This document shows, piece after piece, positions 14,690 to 28,200 of a DNA stretch of 64,000 bases (positions are counted from its first letter, which is position 1; every line of letters starts with the position of its first letter). The stretch is taken from the NCBI RefSeq assembly GCF_009914755.1, contig NC_060933.1, one strand, 5' to 3'. The notes under the pieces were generated by a model that saw nothing but the letters and a program-made list of their open reading frames with translations, searched no databases and was not told where the DNA came from. The position numbers and the translations under genes were made by a program. This stretch comes from the human T2T-CHM13v2.0 reference genome, Homo sapiens.

Positions 14690-17600
14690 GAATGGAATTA
14701 ACCCGAATAGAATGGAATGGAATGCAATGGAACGGAATGGAACGGAATGGAATGGAATGGAATGGAATGGAATGGTATGGAATGGAATGGAATGGAACGG
14801 AATAGAATGGAATGGAACGAATTGTAATGGAATGGAATTGAATGGAATGGAATGGAATCAACGCGAGTGCAGGGGAATGTAATGGAACGGAATGCAATGG
14901 AATGGAATCATCCGGAATGGAATGGAATGGAATGGAATGGAATGGAATCAACCCTAGTGCAATGGAATGGAGTGGAATGGAATGGAATGGAATGGAACAA
15001 CCCGAATGGAATGGAATGTAATGGAGATTAAGGGAGTTGAATAGAATCAATCCGAATGTAATGGAATGGAATGCTACGGAATGGAATGGAATGGAATGGA
15101 ATGGAATGCAATGGAATGGAATGAAACCGAGTACAATGTAATGGAATGGAATGGAATGGAATGGAATGGAATGGAATGGAATGGAATGGAATGCCTTCAA
15201 ACCGAATGGAATGGAAAGGAATGGAATCAACACGAGTGGAATGGAATGGAATGGAATGGAATGGAATGGAATGGAATGGAATGGAATCAACGGGAGTGCA
15301 GGGGAATGGAATGGAATGGAATGCAATGGAATGGAATTTTCCGGAATGGAATGGAATGGAATGGAATGGAATGGAATGGAATGGAACGGAAAGGAATGGA
15401 ATGGAATGGAATGGAAAGGAATCAACTCGAGTGCAGGGGAATGGGATGCAGTGGAATGCAATGGAATGGAATTTTCCGGAATGGAATGGAATGGAATGGA
15501 ATGGAATGGAATGGAATGGAATAAACCCGAGAGCAATGGAATGGAGTGGAATGGAATGGAAACAACCCGAATGGAATGGAATGTAATGGAGAGTAAGGGA
15601 ATTGAATAGGATCAATCCGAATGTAATGGAATGGAATGGAACGGAATGGATTGGAATGGAATGGAATGGAATGGAATGGAATGGAATGCAATGGAATGGA
15701 ATCAACCCGAGTGCAATCGAATGGAATCGAATGGAATGGAAAGCAATGGAATGGATTCAACTTGAATGGAATGGAAAGAATGGAATCAACACAAGTGCAA
15801 GGGCATGGATTGGAATGCAATGGAATAGAATCAACCCGAGTACAGGGGAATGGAATGGAATGGAATGCAATGGAATGGAATCATCCGTAATGGAATGGAA
15901 AGGAATGGAATGGAATGGAATGGAACGGAATGGAATGGAATGGAATCAACACGATTGCAATCGAATGGAATGGAAAGGAATTAACCCGAATAGAATGGAA
16001 TGGAATGGAATGGAACGGAACGGAATGGAATGGAATGGAATGGAATGGAATGGAATGGAATGGAATTCACCCGAATAGAATGGAATGGAATGGAATGGAA
16101 AGGAATGGAAGGGAAGGAAATGGAATGTAATCAACCCGAGTGCAGGGGAATGGAATGGAATGGAATGCAATGGAATGGAATCATCCGGAATGGAATGGAA
16201 TGGAATGGAATGGAAAGGTATCAACCCGAGTGCAGCGGAATGTAATTTAACGGAATGCAATGGAATGGAATCATCCGGAATGGAATGGAATGGAATGGAA
16301 TGCAAAACAATGGAATCAACTCGATTGCAATGGAATGGAATGGAATGGAAATGAATAGAATGGAATCAACCCGAGTGGAATGGAATGGAAAGGACTGGAA
16401 TGGAATGGAATGGAATGGAATGGAATGGAATCAACTCGATTGGAATGGAATGGAATGGAATGGAATGGAATGGAATGGAATGGAATGGAATTAACCCGAA
16501 TACAATGGAATGGAATGAAATGGAATGGAACGGAATGGAGTGGAATGGAATGGAATCAACCCGAGTGCAAGGGAATGGAATGGAAAGGAATGCAATGGAA
16601 TGGAATCATCCGGAATGGAATGGAATGGAATGGAATGCAAAGAAATGGAATCAACTCGATTGCAATGGAATGGAATGGAATGGAAAGGAATAGAATGGAA
16701 TCAACCCGAGTGTAATGGAATGGAAACGACTGGAATGGAGTGGAATGGAATGGAATGGAATGGAATGGAATCAACTCGATTGGATTGGAATGGAATGGAA
16801 TGGAATGGAATGGAATGGAATGAACCCGAATAGAATGGAATGGAATGGAATGGAACGGAATGGAATGGAATGGAATGGAATGGAATGGAATGGAATCAAC
16901 CCAACTGCAGGGGAATGGAATGGAATGGAATGGAATGGAATGGAATGGAATCATCCGGAACGGAATGGAATCAACTCGATTGCAATGGAATGGAATGGAA
17001 TGGAATGGAATCGAAAGGAATGGAATGGAATTAACCAGAATAGAATGGAATGGAATGGAATGGAACGGAATGGAATGGAATGGAATGGAATGGAATGGAA
17101 TGGAATCAACCCGAGTGCAGGGGAATGGAATGGAATGGAATGCAATGGAATGGAATCATCCGGAATGGAATGGAATGGAATGGAAAGGAATGGAATGGAA
17201 TGGTATCAACCCGAGTGCAGGGGAATGTAATGGAACGGAATGCAATGGAATGGAATCATCCGGAATGGAATGGAATGGAATGGAATGGAATGGAATGGAA
17301 TCAACCCGAGTGCAATGGAATGGAGTCGAATGGAATGGAATGGAATGGAAAAACCCGAATGGAATGGAATGTAATGGAGAGTAAGGGAGTTGAATAGAAT
17401 CAATCCGAATGTAATGGAATGGAATGCAACGGAATGGAATGGAATGGAATGCAATGGAATGGAATGGAATGGAATGCAAAGGAATGGAATCAACCCGAGT
17501 GGAATGGCATGGAATGGATTGCAATGGATTGGAATGGAATGGAATCAACTCGAGTGGAAAGGAATGGAATGGAATGGAAAGGAATGGAATGAAGTCAACT

Positions 17601-19100
17601 CGAGTGGAATGGAATGGAATGGAATGGATTGGAATGGATTGCATTGGAATGAAATGGAATGGAATCAATCATTCCGAGTGGAATGGAAGGGAATGTAATG
17701 GAGTGCAAAGAAGGGAATGGAATCAACCCGAGTGGAATGCAAGACAATGGAATGGAATGGAAAGGAATGGAATGGAATCAACTCGATTGCAATGGAATGG
17801 AATGGAATGGAATGGAATGGAATGGAATTAACCGGAATAGAATGGAATGGAATGGAATGGAACGGAATGGAATGGAATGGAAGGGAATGGAATCAACACG
17901 AGTGCAGGGGAATGGAATGCAATGGAATGCAATGGAATGGAATCATCCGGAATGGAATGGAATGCAATGGAATAAACTCCATTGCAATGGAATGGAATGG
18001 AATGGAATGGAATAGAATGGAATGGAATTAACCCGAATAGAATGGAATGCAATAGAATGGAATGCAACGGAACCGAATGGAGTGGAATGGAATGGAATGG
18101 AATCAACCCGAGTACAGGGGAATGGAATGGAATGGAAAGCAATGGAATGGAGTCATCCGTAATGGAATGGAAAGGAATGGAATGGAATGGAATGGAATGG
18201 AATGGAATGGATTCAACTCGATGACAATCGAATGGAATGGAATGGAATTAACCCGAATAGAATGGAATGGAATGGAATGGAACGGAACGGAATGGAATGG
18301 AATGGAATGGAATGGAATGGAACGGAACGGAATGGAATGGAATGGAATGGAATGAAATGGAACGGAACGGAATGGAATGGAATGGAATGGAATGGAATCA
18401 ACGCGAGTGCAGGGGAATGGAATGGAATGGAATGTAATGGAATGGAATCTTCCGGAATGGAATGGAATGGAATGGAATGAAAGGGAATGGATTCAACTCG
18501 ATTGCAATGGAATGGAATAGAATGGAATGGAATTGAATGGAATGGAATGGAATTGAATGGAATGGAATGCCTTCAAACCGAATGGAATGGAAAGCAATGG
18601 AATCAACACGAGTGGAATAGAATGGAATGGAAAGGAATGGAATGGAATGGAATGCTACTGAATAGAATGGAATGGAACGAAATGGAATGGAATGGAATGG
18701 AATGGAATGGAATGGAATGGAATGGAATGGAATGACATGGAATGGAATCGTTCCGAGTGGAATAGGAGGGAATGTATTCGAGTGGAATGGAAAGGAATGG
18801 AATCAACCAGAGTGGAATGGAAGGGAATGGAATGGAATGGAAACTAATAGAATGGAATCAACACGAGTGGAATGGAATGGAAAGGACTGGAATGGAATGG
18901 AATGGAATGGAATGGAATGGAATGGAATCAACTCGATTGTAATGGAATGGAATGGAATGGAATGGAATGGAATGGAATGGAATGGAATGGAATGGAATTA
19001 ACCCGAACACAATGGAATGGAATGGAATGGAATGGAATGGAGTGGAATGGAATGGAATGGAATGGAATGGAATCAACTCGATTTTAATGGAATGGAATGG
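14690..19100 (+). repeat. Duplicate of ~5890-10230 (offset ~8.8 kb)
   Basis: Shared variants ACCCTAGTGC, GGAGATTAAGG, paired AATTTTCCGG and GCAGCGGAATGTAATTTAAC. ORF pairs 6763/15602, 7431/16255, 8561/17390, 9168/17982. Confidence 0.85.
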
Positions 19101-19109
19101 AATGGAATG

Positions 19110-22100
19110 GAATTAACCCGAATAGAATGGAATGGAATGGAATGGAACGGAATGGAATGGAATGGAATGGAATGGAATGGAATGGAATCAACCCAACTGC
19201 AGGGGAATGGGATGGAATGGAATGGAATGGAATGGAATGGAATCATCCGGAACGGAATGGAATGGAATGGAATGGAATCAACTCGATTGCAATGGAATGG
19301 AATGGAATGGAATGGAATCGAAAGGAATGCAATGGAATTAACCAGAATAGAATGGAATGGAATGGAATGGAACGGAATGGAATGGAATGGAATGGAATGG
19401 AATGGAATCAACCCGAGTGCAGGGGAAAGGAATGGAATGGAATGCAATGGAATGGAATCATCCGGAATGGAATGGAATGGAATGGAAAGGAATGGAATGG
19501 AATGGTATCAACCCGAGTGCAGGGGAATGTAATGGAACGGAATGCAATGGAATGGAATCATCCGGAATGGAATGGAATGGAATGGAATGGAATGGAATGG
19601 AATCAACCCGAGTGCAATGGAATGGAGTCGAATGGAATGGAATGGAATGGAAAAACCCGAATGGAATGGAATGTAATGGAGAGTAAGGGAGTTGAATAGA
19701 ATCAATCCGAATGTAATGGAATGGAATGCAACGGAATGGAATGGAATGGAATGCAATGGAATGGAATGGAATGGAATGCAAAGGAATGGAATCAACCCGA
19801 GTGGAATGGCATGGAATGGATTGCAATCGATTGGAATGGAATGGAATCAACTCGAGTGGAAAAGAATGGAATGGAATGGAAAGGAATGGAATGAAGTCAA
19901 CTCGAGTGGAATGGAATGGAATGGAATGGATTGGAATGGATTGCAATGGAATGAAATGGAATGGAATGGAATGGAATCAATCATTCCGAGTGGAATGGAA
20001 GGGAATGTAATGGAGTGGAAAGAAGGGAATGGAATCAACCCGAGTGGAATGCAAGACAATGGAATGGAATGGAAAGGAATGGAATGGAATCAACTCGATT
20101 GCAATGGAATGGAATGGAATGGAATGGAATGGAATGGAATGGAATTAACCGGAATAGAATGGAATGGAATGGAATGGAACGGAATGGAATGGAATGGAAG
20201 GGAATGGAATCAACACGAGTGCAGGGGAATGGAATGCAATGGAATGCAATGGAATGGAATCATCCGGAATGGAATGGAATGCAATGGAATAAACTCCATT
20301 GCAATGGAATGGAATGGAATGGAATGGAATAGAATGGAATGGAATTAACCCGAATAGAATGGAATGCAATAGAATGGAATGCAACGGAACCGAATGGAGT
20401 GGAATGGAATGGAATGGAATCAACCCGAGTACAGGGGAATGGAATGGAATGGAAAGCAATGGAATGGAGTCATCCGTAATGGAATGGAAAGGAATGGAAT
20501 GGAATGGAATGGAATGGAATCGAATGGATTCAACTCGATGACAATCGAATGGAATGGAATGGAATTAACCCGAATAGAATGGAATGGAATGGAATGGAAC
20601 GGAACGGAATGGAATGGAATGGAATGGAATGGAATGGAACGGAACGGAATGGAATGGAATGGAATGGAATGGAATTAACGCGAGTGCAGGGGAATGGAAT
20701 GGAATGGAATGTAATGGAATGGAATCTTCCGGAATGGAATGGAATGGAATGGAATGGAATGAAAGGCAATGGATTCAACTCGATTGCAATGGAATGGAAT
20801 AGAATGGAATGGAATTGAATGGAATGGAATGGAATTGAATGGAATGGAATGCCTTCAAACCGAATGGAATGGAAAGCAATGGAATCAACACGAGTGGAAT
20901 AGAATGGAATGGAAAGGAATGGAATGGAATGGAATGCTACGGAATAGAATGGAATGGAACGAAATGGAATGGAATGGAATGGAATGGAATGGAATGGAAT
21001 GGAATGGAATGCAATGGAATGGAATCGTTCCGAGTGGAATAGGAGGGAATGTATTCGAGTGGAATGGAAAGGAATGGAATCAACCAGAGTGGAATGGAAG
21101 GGAATGGAATGGAATGGAAACTAATAGAATGGAATCAACACGAGTGGAATGGAATGGAAAGGACTGGAATGGAATGGAATGGAATGGAATGGAATGGAAT
21201 GGAATCAACTCGATTGTAATGGAATGGAATGGAATGGAATGGAATGGAATGGAATGGAATTAACCCGAATACAATGGAATGGAATGGAATGGAATGGAAT
21301 GGAGTGGAATGGAATGGAATGGAATGGAATGGAATCAACTCGATTTTAATGGAATGGAATGGAATGGAATGGAATGGAATGGAATTAACCCTAATAGAAT
21401 GGAATGGAATGGAATGGAACGGAATGGAATGGAATGGAATGGAATGGAATGGATTGGAATGGAATCAACCCGACTGCATGGGAATGGAATGGAATGGAAT
21501 GGAATGGAATGGAATGGAATGGAATCATCCGGAACGGAATGGAATGGAATGGAATGGAATCAACTCGACTGCAATGGAATGGAATGGAAAGGAATGGAAT
21601 CGAAAGGAATGGAATGGAATTAACCGGAATAGAATGGAATGGAATGGAATGGAACGGAATGGAATGGAATGGAATGGAATGGAATGGAATGGAATCAATC
21701 CGAGTGCAGGGGAATGGAATGGAATGGAATGCAATGGAATGGAATCATCCGGAATGGAATGGAATGGAATGGAATGCAATCAACCTGATGCAATGGAATG
21801 GAGTGGAATGGAATGGAATGGAATGGAAACATCCCGAATGGAATGGTATGTAATGGAGTGTAAGGGAATTCAATAGAATCAATCCGAATGTAATGGAATG
21901 GAATGGAATGAAATGGAATGGAATGGAATGGAATGGAATGGAATCAACCCGAGTGCAATGGAATGGATTCAAATGGAATGGAATGGAATGGAATGGATTC
22001 AACAAGAATGGAATGGAAAGGAATGGAATCAACCCGAGTGTAATGGCATGGAATGGAACGGAATGGAATGGGATGGAATGGAATGGTACGGAATAGAATG

Positions 22101-25100
22101 GAATGGAATGAAATGGAATGGAATGGAATGGAATGGAATGGAATGGAATGGAATGGAATGAACCCGTGTGCAATGGAATGGAATAGAATGGAATGGAATG
22201 GAATGGAATGGAATGGAATGGAATGGAATCATCTCGATTGCAATCGAATGGAATGGAATGGAATTAACCCGAATAGAATGGAATGGAATGGAATGGAATG
22301 AAACGGAACGGAATGGAATGGAATGGAATGGAATGGAATGGAACGGAAAGGAATGGAATGGAATGGAATGGAATGGAATGGAATGGAATGGAATGGAATG
22401 GAATCAACGCGAGTGCAGGGGAATGGAATGGAATGGAATGCAAAGGAATGGAATCATCCGGAATGGAATGGAATGGAATGGAAAGGAATGGAATGGAATG
22501 GTATCAACCCGAGTGCAGGGGAATGTAATGGAACAGAATGCAATGGAATGGAATCATCCGGAATGGAATGGAATGGAATGGAATGGAATGGAATCAACCC
22601 GAGTGCAATGGAATGGAGTCGAATGGAATGGAATGGAATGGAAAAACCCGAATGGAATGGAATGTAATGGAGAGTAAGGGAGTTGAATAGAATCAATCCG
22701 AATGTAATGGAATGGAATGCAACGGAATGGAATGGAATGGAATGCAATGGAATGGAATGGAATGGAATCAACCCGAGTGGAATGGCATGGAATGGATTGC
22801 AATGGATTGGAATGGAATGGAATCAACTCGAGTGGAAAGGAATGGAATGGAATGGAAAGGAATGGAATGAAGTCAACTCGAGTGGAATGGAATGGAATGG
22901 AATGGATTGGAATGGATTGCAATGGAATGAAATGGAATGGAATGGAATGGAATCAATCATTCCGAGTGGAATGGAAGGGAATGTATTGGAGTGGAAAGAA
23001 GGGAATGGAATCAACCCGAGTGGAATGCAAGACAATGGAATGGAATGGAAAGGAATGGAATGGAATCAACTCGATTGCAATGGAATGGAATGGAATGGAA
23101 TGGAATGGAATGGAATGGAATGGAATTAACCGGAATAGAATGGAATGGAATGGAATGGAACGGAATGGAATGGAATGGAAGGGAATGGAATCAACACGAG
23201 TGCAGGGGAATGGAATGCAATGGAATGCAATGGAATGGAATCATCCGGAATGGAATGGAATGCAATGGAATAAACTCCATTGCAATGGAAAGGAATGGAA
23301 TGGAATGGAATAGAATGGAATGGAATTAACCCGAATAGAATGGAATGCAATAGAATGGAATGCAACGGAACCGAATGGAGTGGAATGGAATGGAATGGAA
23401 TCAACCCGAGTACAGGGGAATGGAATGGAATGGAAAGCAATGGAATGGAGTCATCCGTAATGGAATGGAAAGGAATGGAATGGAATGGAATGGAATGGAA
23501 TGGATTCAACTCGATGACAATCGAATGGAATGGAATGGAATTAACCCGAATAGAATGGAATGGAATGGAGTGGAACGGAACGGAATGGAATGGAATGGAA
23601 TGGAATGGAATGGAACGGAACGGAATGGAATGGAATGGAATGGAATGGAATCAACGCGAGTGCAGGGGAATGGAATGGAATGGAATGTAATGGAATGGAA
23701 TCTTCCGGAATGGAATGGAATGGAATGGAATGGAATGAAAGGCAATGGATTCAACTCGATTGCAATGGAATGGAATAGAATGGAATGGAATTGAATGGAA
23801 TGGAATGGAATTGAATGGAATGGAATGCCTTCAAACCGAATGGAATGGAAAGCAATGGAATCAACACGAGTGGAATAGAATGGAATGGAAAGGAATGGAA
23901 TGGAATGGAATGCTACGGAATAGAATGGAATGGAACGAAATGGAATGGAATGGAATGGAATGGAATGGAATGGAATGGAATGGAATGCAATGGAATGGAA
24001 TCGTTCCGAGTGGAATAGGAGGGAATGTATTCGAGTGGAATGGAAAGGAATGGAATCAACCAGAGTGGAATGGAAGGGAATGGAATGGAATGGAAACTAA
24101 TAGAATGGAATCAACACGAGTGGAATGGAATGGAAAGGACTGGAATGGAATGGAATGGAATGGAATGGAATGGAATGGAATCAACTCGATTGTAATGGAA
24201 TGGAATGGAATGGAATGGAATGGAATGGAATGGAATTAACCCGAATACAATGGAATGGAATGGAATGGAATGCAATGGAGTGGAATGGAATGGAATGGAA
24301 TGGAATGGAATGGAATGGAGTGGAATGGAATGGAATGGAATGGAATCGTTCCGAGTGGAATAGGAGGGAATGTTTTCGAGTGGAATGGAAAGGAATGGAA
24401 TCAACCAGAGTGGAATGGAAGGGAATGGAATGGAATCGAAACTAATAGAATGGAATCAACACGAGTGGAATGGAATGGAAAGGACTGGAATGGAATGGAA
24501 TGGAATGGAATGGAATGGAATGGAATCAACTCGATTGTAATGGAATGGAATGGAATGGAATGGAATGGAATGGAATGGAATGGAATTAACCCGAATACAA
24601 TGGAATGGAATGGAATGGAATGGAATGGAGTGGAATGGAATGGAATGGAATGGAATGGAATCAACTCGATTTTAATGGAATGGAATGGAATGGAATGGAA
24701 TGGAATGGATTTAACCCTAATAGAACGGAATGGAATGGAATGGAACGGAATGGAATGGAATGGAATGGAATGGAATGGATTGGAATGGAATCAACCCGAC
24801 TGCAGGGGAATGGAATGGAATGGAATGGAATGGAATGGAATGGAATGGAATGGAATCATCCGGAACGGAATGTAATGGAATGGAATGGAATAAACTCGAC
24901 TGCAATGGAATGGAATGGAATGGAATGGAATCGAAAGGAATGGAATGGAATTAACCGGAAGAGAATGGAATGGAATGGAATGGAACGGAATGGAATGGAA
25001 TGGAATGGAATGGAATGGAATGCAATCAATCCGAGTGCAGGGGAATGGAATGGAATGGAATGCAATGGAATGGAATCATCCGGAATGGAATGGAATGGAA

Positions 25101-25230
25101 TGGAATGCAATCAACCTGATGCAATGGAATGGAGTGGAATGGAATGGAATGGAATGGAAACATCCCGAATGGAATGGTATGTAATGGAGTGTAAGGGAAT
25201 TCAATAGAATCAATCCGAATGTAATGGAAT
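19110..25230 (+). repeat. Duplicate of ~7990-13720 (offset ~11.1 kb, rising to ~11.5 kb after an internal 345-bp duplication)
   Basis: ORF pairs 8561/19692, 10762/21893, 11557/22683, 12159/23280, 13224/24730. Confidence 0.8.
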
Positions 25231-28200
25231 GGAATGGAATGAAATGGAATGGAATGGAATGGAATGGAATGGAATCAACCCGAGTGCAATGGAATGGATT
25301 CGAATGGAATGGAATGGAATGGAATGGATTCAACAAGAATGGAATGGAAAGGAATGGAATCAACCCGAGTGTAATGGCATGGAATGGAACGGAATGGAAT
25401 GGGATGGAATGGAATGGTACGGAATAGAATGGAATGGAATGAAATGGAATGGAATGGAATGCAATGGAATGGAATGGAATGGAATGGAATGGAATGAACC
25501 CGTGTGCAATGGAATGGAATGGAATGGAATGGAATGGAATGGAATGGAATGGAATGGAATCATCTCGATTGCAATCGAATGGAATGGAATGGAATTAACC
25601 CGAATAGAATGGAATGGAATGGAATGGAATGAAACGGAACGGAATGGAATGGATTGGAATGGATTGGAATGGAATGGAACGGAAAGGAATGGAATGGAAT
25701 GGAATGGAATGGAATGGAATGGAATGGAATCAACGCGAGTGCAGGGGAATGGAATGTAATGGAATGCAATGGAATGGAATCTTCCGGAATGGAATGGAAT
25801 GGAATGGAATGGAATGGAATAAACCCGAGTGCAATGGAATAGAGTGGAATGGAATGGAATGGAATGGAACAACCCGAACGGAATGGAATGTAATGGAGAG
25901 TAAGGGAGTTGAATAGAATCAATCCGAATGTAATGGAATGGAATGGAACGGAATGGAATTGAATGGAATGGAATGGAATGTAATGGAATGGAATCAACCC
26001 GAGTGCAATGGAATGGAGAGGAATGGAATTGAATGGAATGGAAACTACCCGAATGGAATGGAATGTAATGGAGTGTAAGGGAATTGAATAGAATCAATCC
26101 GAATGTAATGGAATGGAATGGAACGGAATGGAATGGAATGGAACGGAATGGAATGCAATGGAATGGAATCAACCCGAGTGCAATTGAATGGAATCGAATG
26201 GAATGGAATGCAATGGAATGGATTCAACTTGAATGGAATGGAAAGAATGGAATCAACACGAGTGGAAGGGCTTGGATTGGAATGCAATGGAATGGAATCA
26301 ACCCGAGTACAGGGGAATGGAATGGAATGGAATGCAATGGAATGGAATCATCCGTAATGGAATGGAAAGGAATGGAATGGAATGGAATGGAATGGAATGG
26401 AATGGAACGGAATGGAATCAACACGATTGCAATCGAATGGAATGGAATGGAATTAACACGAATAGAATGGAATGGAATGGAATGGAACGGAACGGAATGG
26501 AATGGAATGGAATGGAATGGAACGGAACGGAATGGAATGGAACGGAATGCAATGGAATGGAATGGAATGGAATCAACGCGAGTGCAGGGGAATGGAATGG
26601 AATGGAATGCAATGGAATGGAATCTTCCGGAATGGAATGGAATGGAATGGAATGGAATGAAATGCAATGGATTCAACTCGATTGCAATGGAATGTAATAG
26701 AATGGGATGGAATGCAATGGAATGGAATCAACCCGAGTACAGGGGAATGGAATGGAATGGAATGCAATGGAATGGAATCATCCGTAATGGAATGGAAAGG
26801 AATGGAATGGAATGGAATGGAATGGAATAGAATGGAATGGAATGGAATCAACACGATTGCAATCGAATGGAATGGAATGGAATTAACCCGAATAGAATGG
26901 AATGGAATGGAATGGAACGGAACGGAACGGAATGGAATGGAACGGAATGCAATGGAATGGAATGGAATGGAATCAACCCGAGTGCAGGGGAATGGAATGG
27001 AATGGAATGCAATGGAATGGAATCTTCCGGAATGGAATGGAATGGAATGGAATGGAATGAAATGCAATGGATTCAACTCGAATGCAATGGAATGTAATAG
27101 AATGGGATGGAATGGAATGGAATGGAATTAACCCGAATAGAATGGAATGGAATGGAATGGAATGGAATGGAACGGAATGGAATGGAATGGAATGGAATGG
27201 AATGGAATGGAATGGAATGGAATGGTATGGAATGGAATGGAATGGTACGGAATAGAATGGAATGGAACGAATTGTAATGGAATGGAATTGAATGGAATGG
27301 AATGGAATGGAATGGAATCAACGCGAGTGCAGGGGAATGTAATGGAACGGAATGCAATGCAATGGAATCATCCGGAATGGAATGGAATGGAATGGAATGG
27401 AATGGAATCAACCGGAGCGCAATGGAATGGAGTGGAATGGAATGGAATGGAATGGAACAACCCGAATGGAATGGAATGTAATGGAGAGTAAGGGAGTTGA
27501 ATAGAATCAATCCGATTGTAATGGAATGGAATGCAACGGAATGGAATGGAATGGAATGCAATGGAATGGAATGGAATGCAAAGGAATGGAATCAACCCGA
27601 GTGGAATGGCATGGAATGGAATGCAATGGATTGGAATGGAATGGAATCAATTCGAGTGGAAAGGAATGGAATGGAATGGAAAGGAATGGAATGAAGTCAA
27701 CTCGAGTGGAATCGAATGGAATGGAATGGATTGGAATGGATTGCAATGGAATGAAATGGAATGGAATGGAATGGAATCAATCATTCCGAGTGGAATGGAA
27801 GGGAATGTAATGGAGTGGAAAGAAGGGAATGGAATCAACCCGAGTGGAATGCAAGGCAATGGAATGGAATGGAAAGGAATGGAATGGAAACAACTCGATT
27901 GCAATGGAATGGAATGGAATGGAATGGAATGGAATGGAATGGAATGGAATGGAATTAACCGGAATAGAATGGAATGGAATGGAATGGAACGGAATGGAAT
28001 GGAATGGAATGGAATGCAATGGAATGGAATCATCCGGAATGGAATGGAATGGAATGGAATCAACTCCATTGCAATGGAATGGAATGGAATGGAAAGGAAT
28101 AGAATGGAATGGAATTAACCCGAATAGAATGGAATGCAATAGAATGGAATGCAACGGAACCGAATGGAGTGGAATGGAATGGAATGGAATCAACCCGAGT

